Source of the DNA: an uncultured Gammaproteobacteria bacterium
GTDB taxonomy: Bacteria; Pseudomonadota; Gammaproteobacteria; Chromatiales; Chromatiaceae
NCBI GenBank assembly: GCA_963790775.1
Contig: CAWBPR010000012.1
Location: 2,763-66,762 of the forward strand
Length of the DNA: 64,000 nt
Direction: 5' to 3'
Part shown: positions 62,935 through 64,000 of the stretch, in pieces
How positions within the stretch are numbered: position 1 is the first letter of the stretch
How the letters are laid out: each line of letters opens with the position of its first letter
Position numbers and translations under genes: made by a program
Notes under the pieces: generated by a model
The model's input: the letters and a program-made list of their open reading frames with translations, nothing else
Databases searched by the model: none
What the model was told of the DNA's origin: nothing

Positions 62935-64000
62935 CAGTGGATAACCAGCCTATCAATATCGGATTGCAGCGGATTGTGTGCGAATTTTTCTTTCCATAAA
63001 CGCGGGGTTAGTTCTTCCACCTGGGAGGCTGGGTGTAAACTGACGCGCTGCAATACATCCACCAGGTAGGTATAAGGATTGATATCATGCAGCCGACAGG
63101 TCACCAGCAGACTCTGGATGATGCCGATGTGTTTCGCCCCAACCTCCGTCCAACTAAACAGCCAGTTTTTTCTGCCCATCGGTATTACCCTGAGGGCTCT
63201 TTCCAGATGATTGGTGTCCGGCTGGACATCCGGGTCATTCAGAAACACTTTCAGGCCAGCCTCACGTTCTCTGGCATACTGCAGTGCTGTCGATAAGGGG
63301 TTGCTGTTCAGCAGGTCTTCGCGCTGGCATTGTGCATCACACCAGGCAAAGAACTTCTCAACCAAAGGCAGACTGTGTTGTGTTCGGTACTTGCGCTTTT
63401 CTTCACCATCGAGCTGCCTGTCCCGGATAGTGCGCTCATGCCGGTAGAGTTCGCCGATCAACTCTAATGCCTGGGCACTGGCAAGCGGCTCAATGTCCTT
63501 GGCCTTTTCAAAGTAACGGCGTGCATGGATCCAACACTGGGCATGGGTGACAGCATCTTTTTTATGGGCATATTTTTCATAGGCACTGTAACCATCGGTC
63601 AGCAGGGTACCGGTAAACTGATCACCCAGGGTATTGAGTACATGTTGCTGCCCTCTGGATGATGAAAAGGTAAAAGCGATTTCATCCGCATCCCCATACA
63701 GCGGCCAGAAGTAACCGGTGTTGAGCTTGCCTTTTTTCTTTTTACCCGCCTTGATCGGTGTCTCATCCATGGCCAGCACCTTGCTTTGCAATATATGCTC
63801 CAGTTGGGCCTGGTAAATGGGTGCTAACAGCTCAATGCTGCGTTGGGTCCAGTTGGTCAGTGAAGACCGTGCCAATTTAAAGCCGTTGGCCTGTAACTTC
63901 TGATGCTGACGGTACAGGGGACGGTGATAAACAAACTTGTCGACCAGCATGGCAGCCAAAAAACTGACATCCACCAGGCTTTTGTCGAAGATGCCCGATG
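62934..64000 (-). mobile_element. IS66-family transposase (TnpC), N-terminus beyond the right window edge
   Basis: ..LLAAMLVDKFVYHRPLYRQHQKLQANGFKLARSSLTNW..VLAMDETPIKAG..GYFWPLYGD..LLTDGYSAYEKY..QCWIHARRYF..NHLERALRVIPMGRKNWLF.. are hallmark IS66 TnpC blocks. The frame stays open to position 64000. Confidence 0.88.

Noticed and set aside
1-64000. CRISPR arrays, rRNA genes, prophage structural modules and secondary-metabolite clusters.
   Set aside because: No regularly spaced direct repeats, rRNA-like conserved blocks, capsid/terminase/tail genes or PKS/NRPS-type genes were seen on either strand.

Overview
Chromosomal window from a GC-rich proteobacterium. The gene content (korAB, Rnf, SCO1, a multihaem cytochrome, sigma54 two-component systems) fits a gammaproteobacterial chemolithoautotroph or symbiont-type genome, but the taxon is inference only. 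(i) 1-3.9 kb is a mobile edge. A partial IS91-family element, whose transposase carries an in-frame TGA, lies head-to-head with an intact integron integrase that has no visible cassette array. A Phd/Doc-type toxin-antitoxin (TA) pair follows. (ii) 3.9-17.2 kb is a sensing and respiratory block. It holds a PAS histidine kinase with an NtrC-type regulator, a decayed GFA gene, a 12-haem c-type cytochrome operon, SCO1/SenC, and a hybrid kinase with a PhnD-like binding protein. (iii) 17.4-33.9 kb is the most interesting part. A Prs-like gene is followed by a 15-kb co-directional ferredoxin module. This module is korAB, then an 838-aa gene derived from pyruvate:ferredoxin oxidoreductase (PFOR), rnfB, a 1534-aa degenerate PFOR homologue, rnfCDGEA and a small Cys-rich membrane ORF. 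(iv) 34-40.4 kb is a visibly AT-rich island remnant. It is bounded by two identical 44-bp tRNA-Cys 3' fragments and carries hicAB and a SWIM-SNF2 helicase, followed by a heavily decayed vapBC. (v) 40.4-64 kb is a mosaic of small accessory genes interspersed with gene remnants (rve transposase, ahcY, ybaK-like, CheR-like x2, apbC), ending in a partial IS66 transposase. I saw no CRISPR array, no rRNA and no intact tRNA. All calls rest on reading the supplied translations and the DNA by eye. No searches were run.
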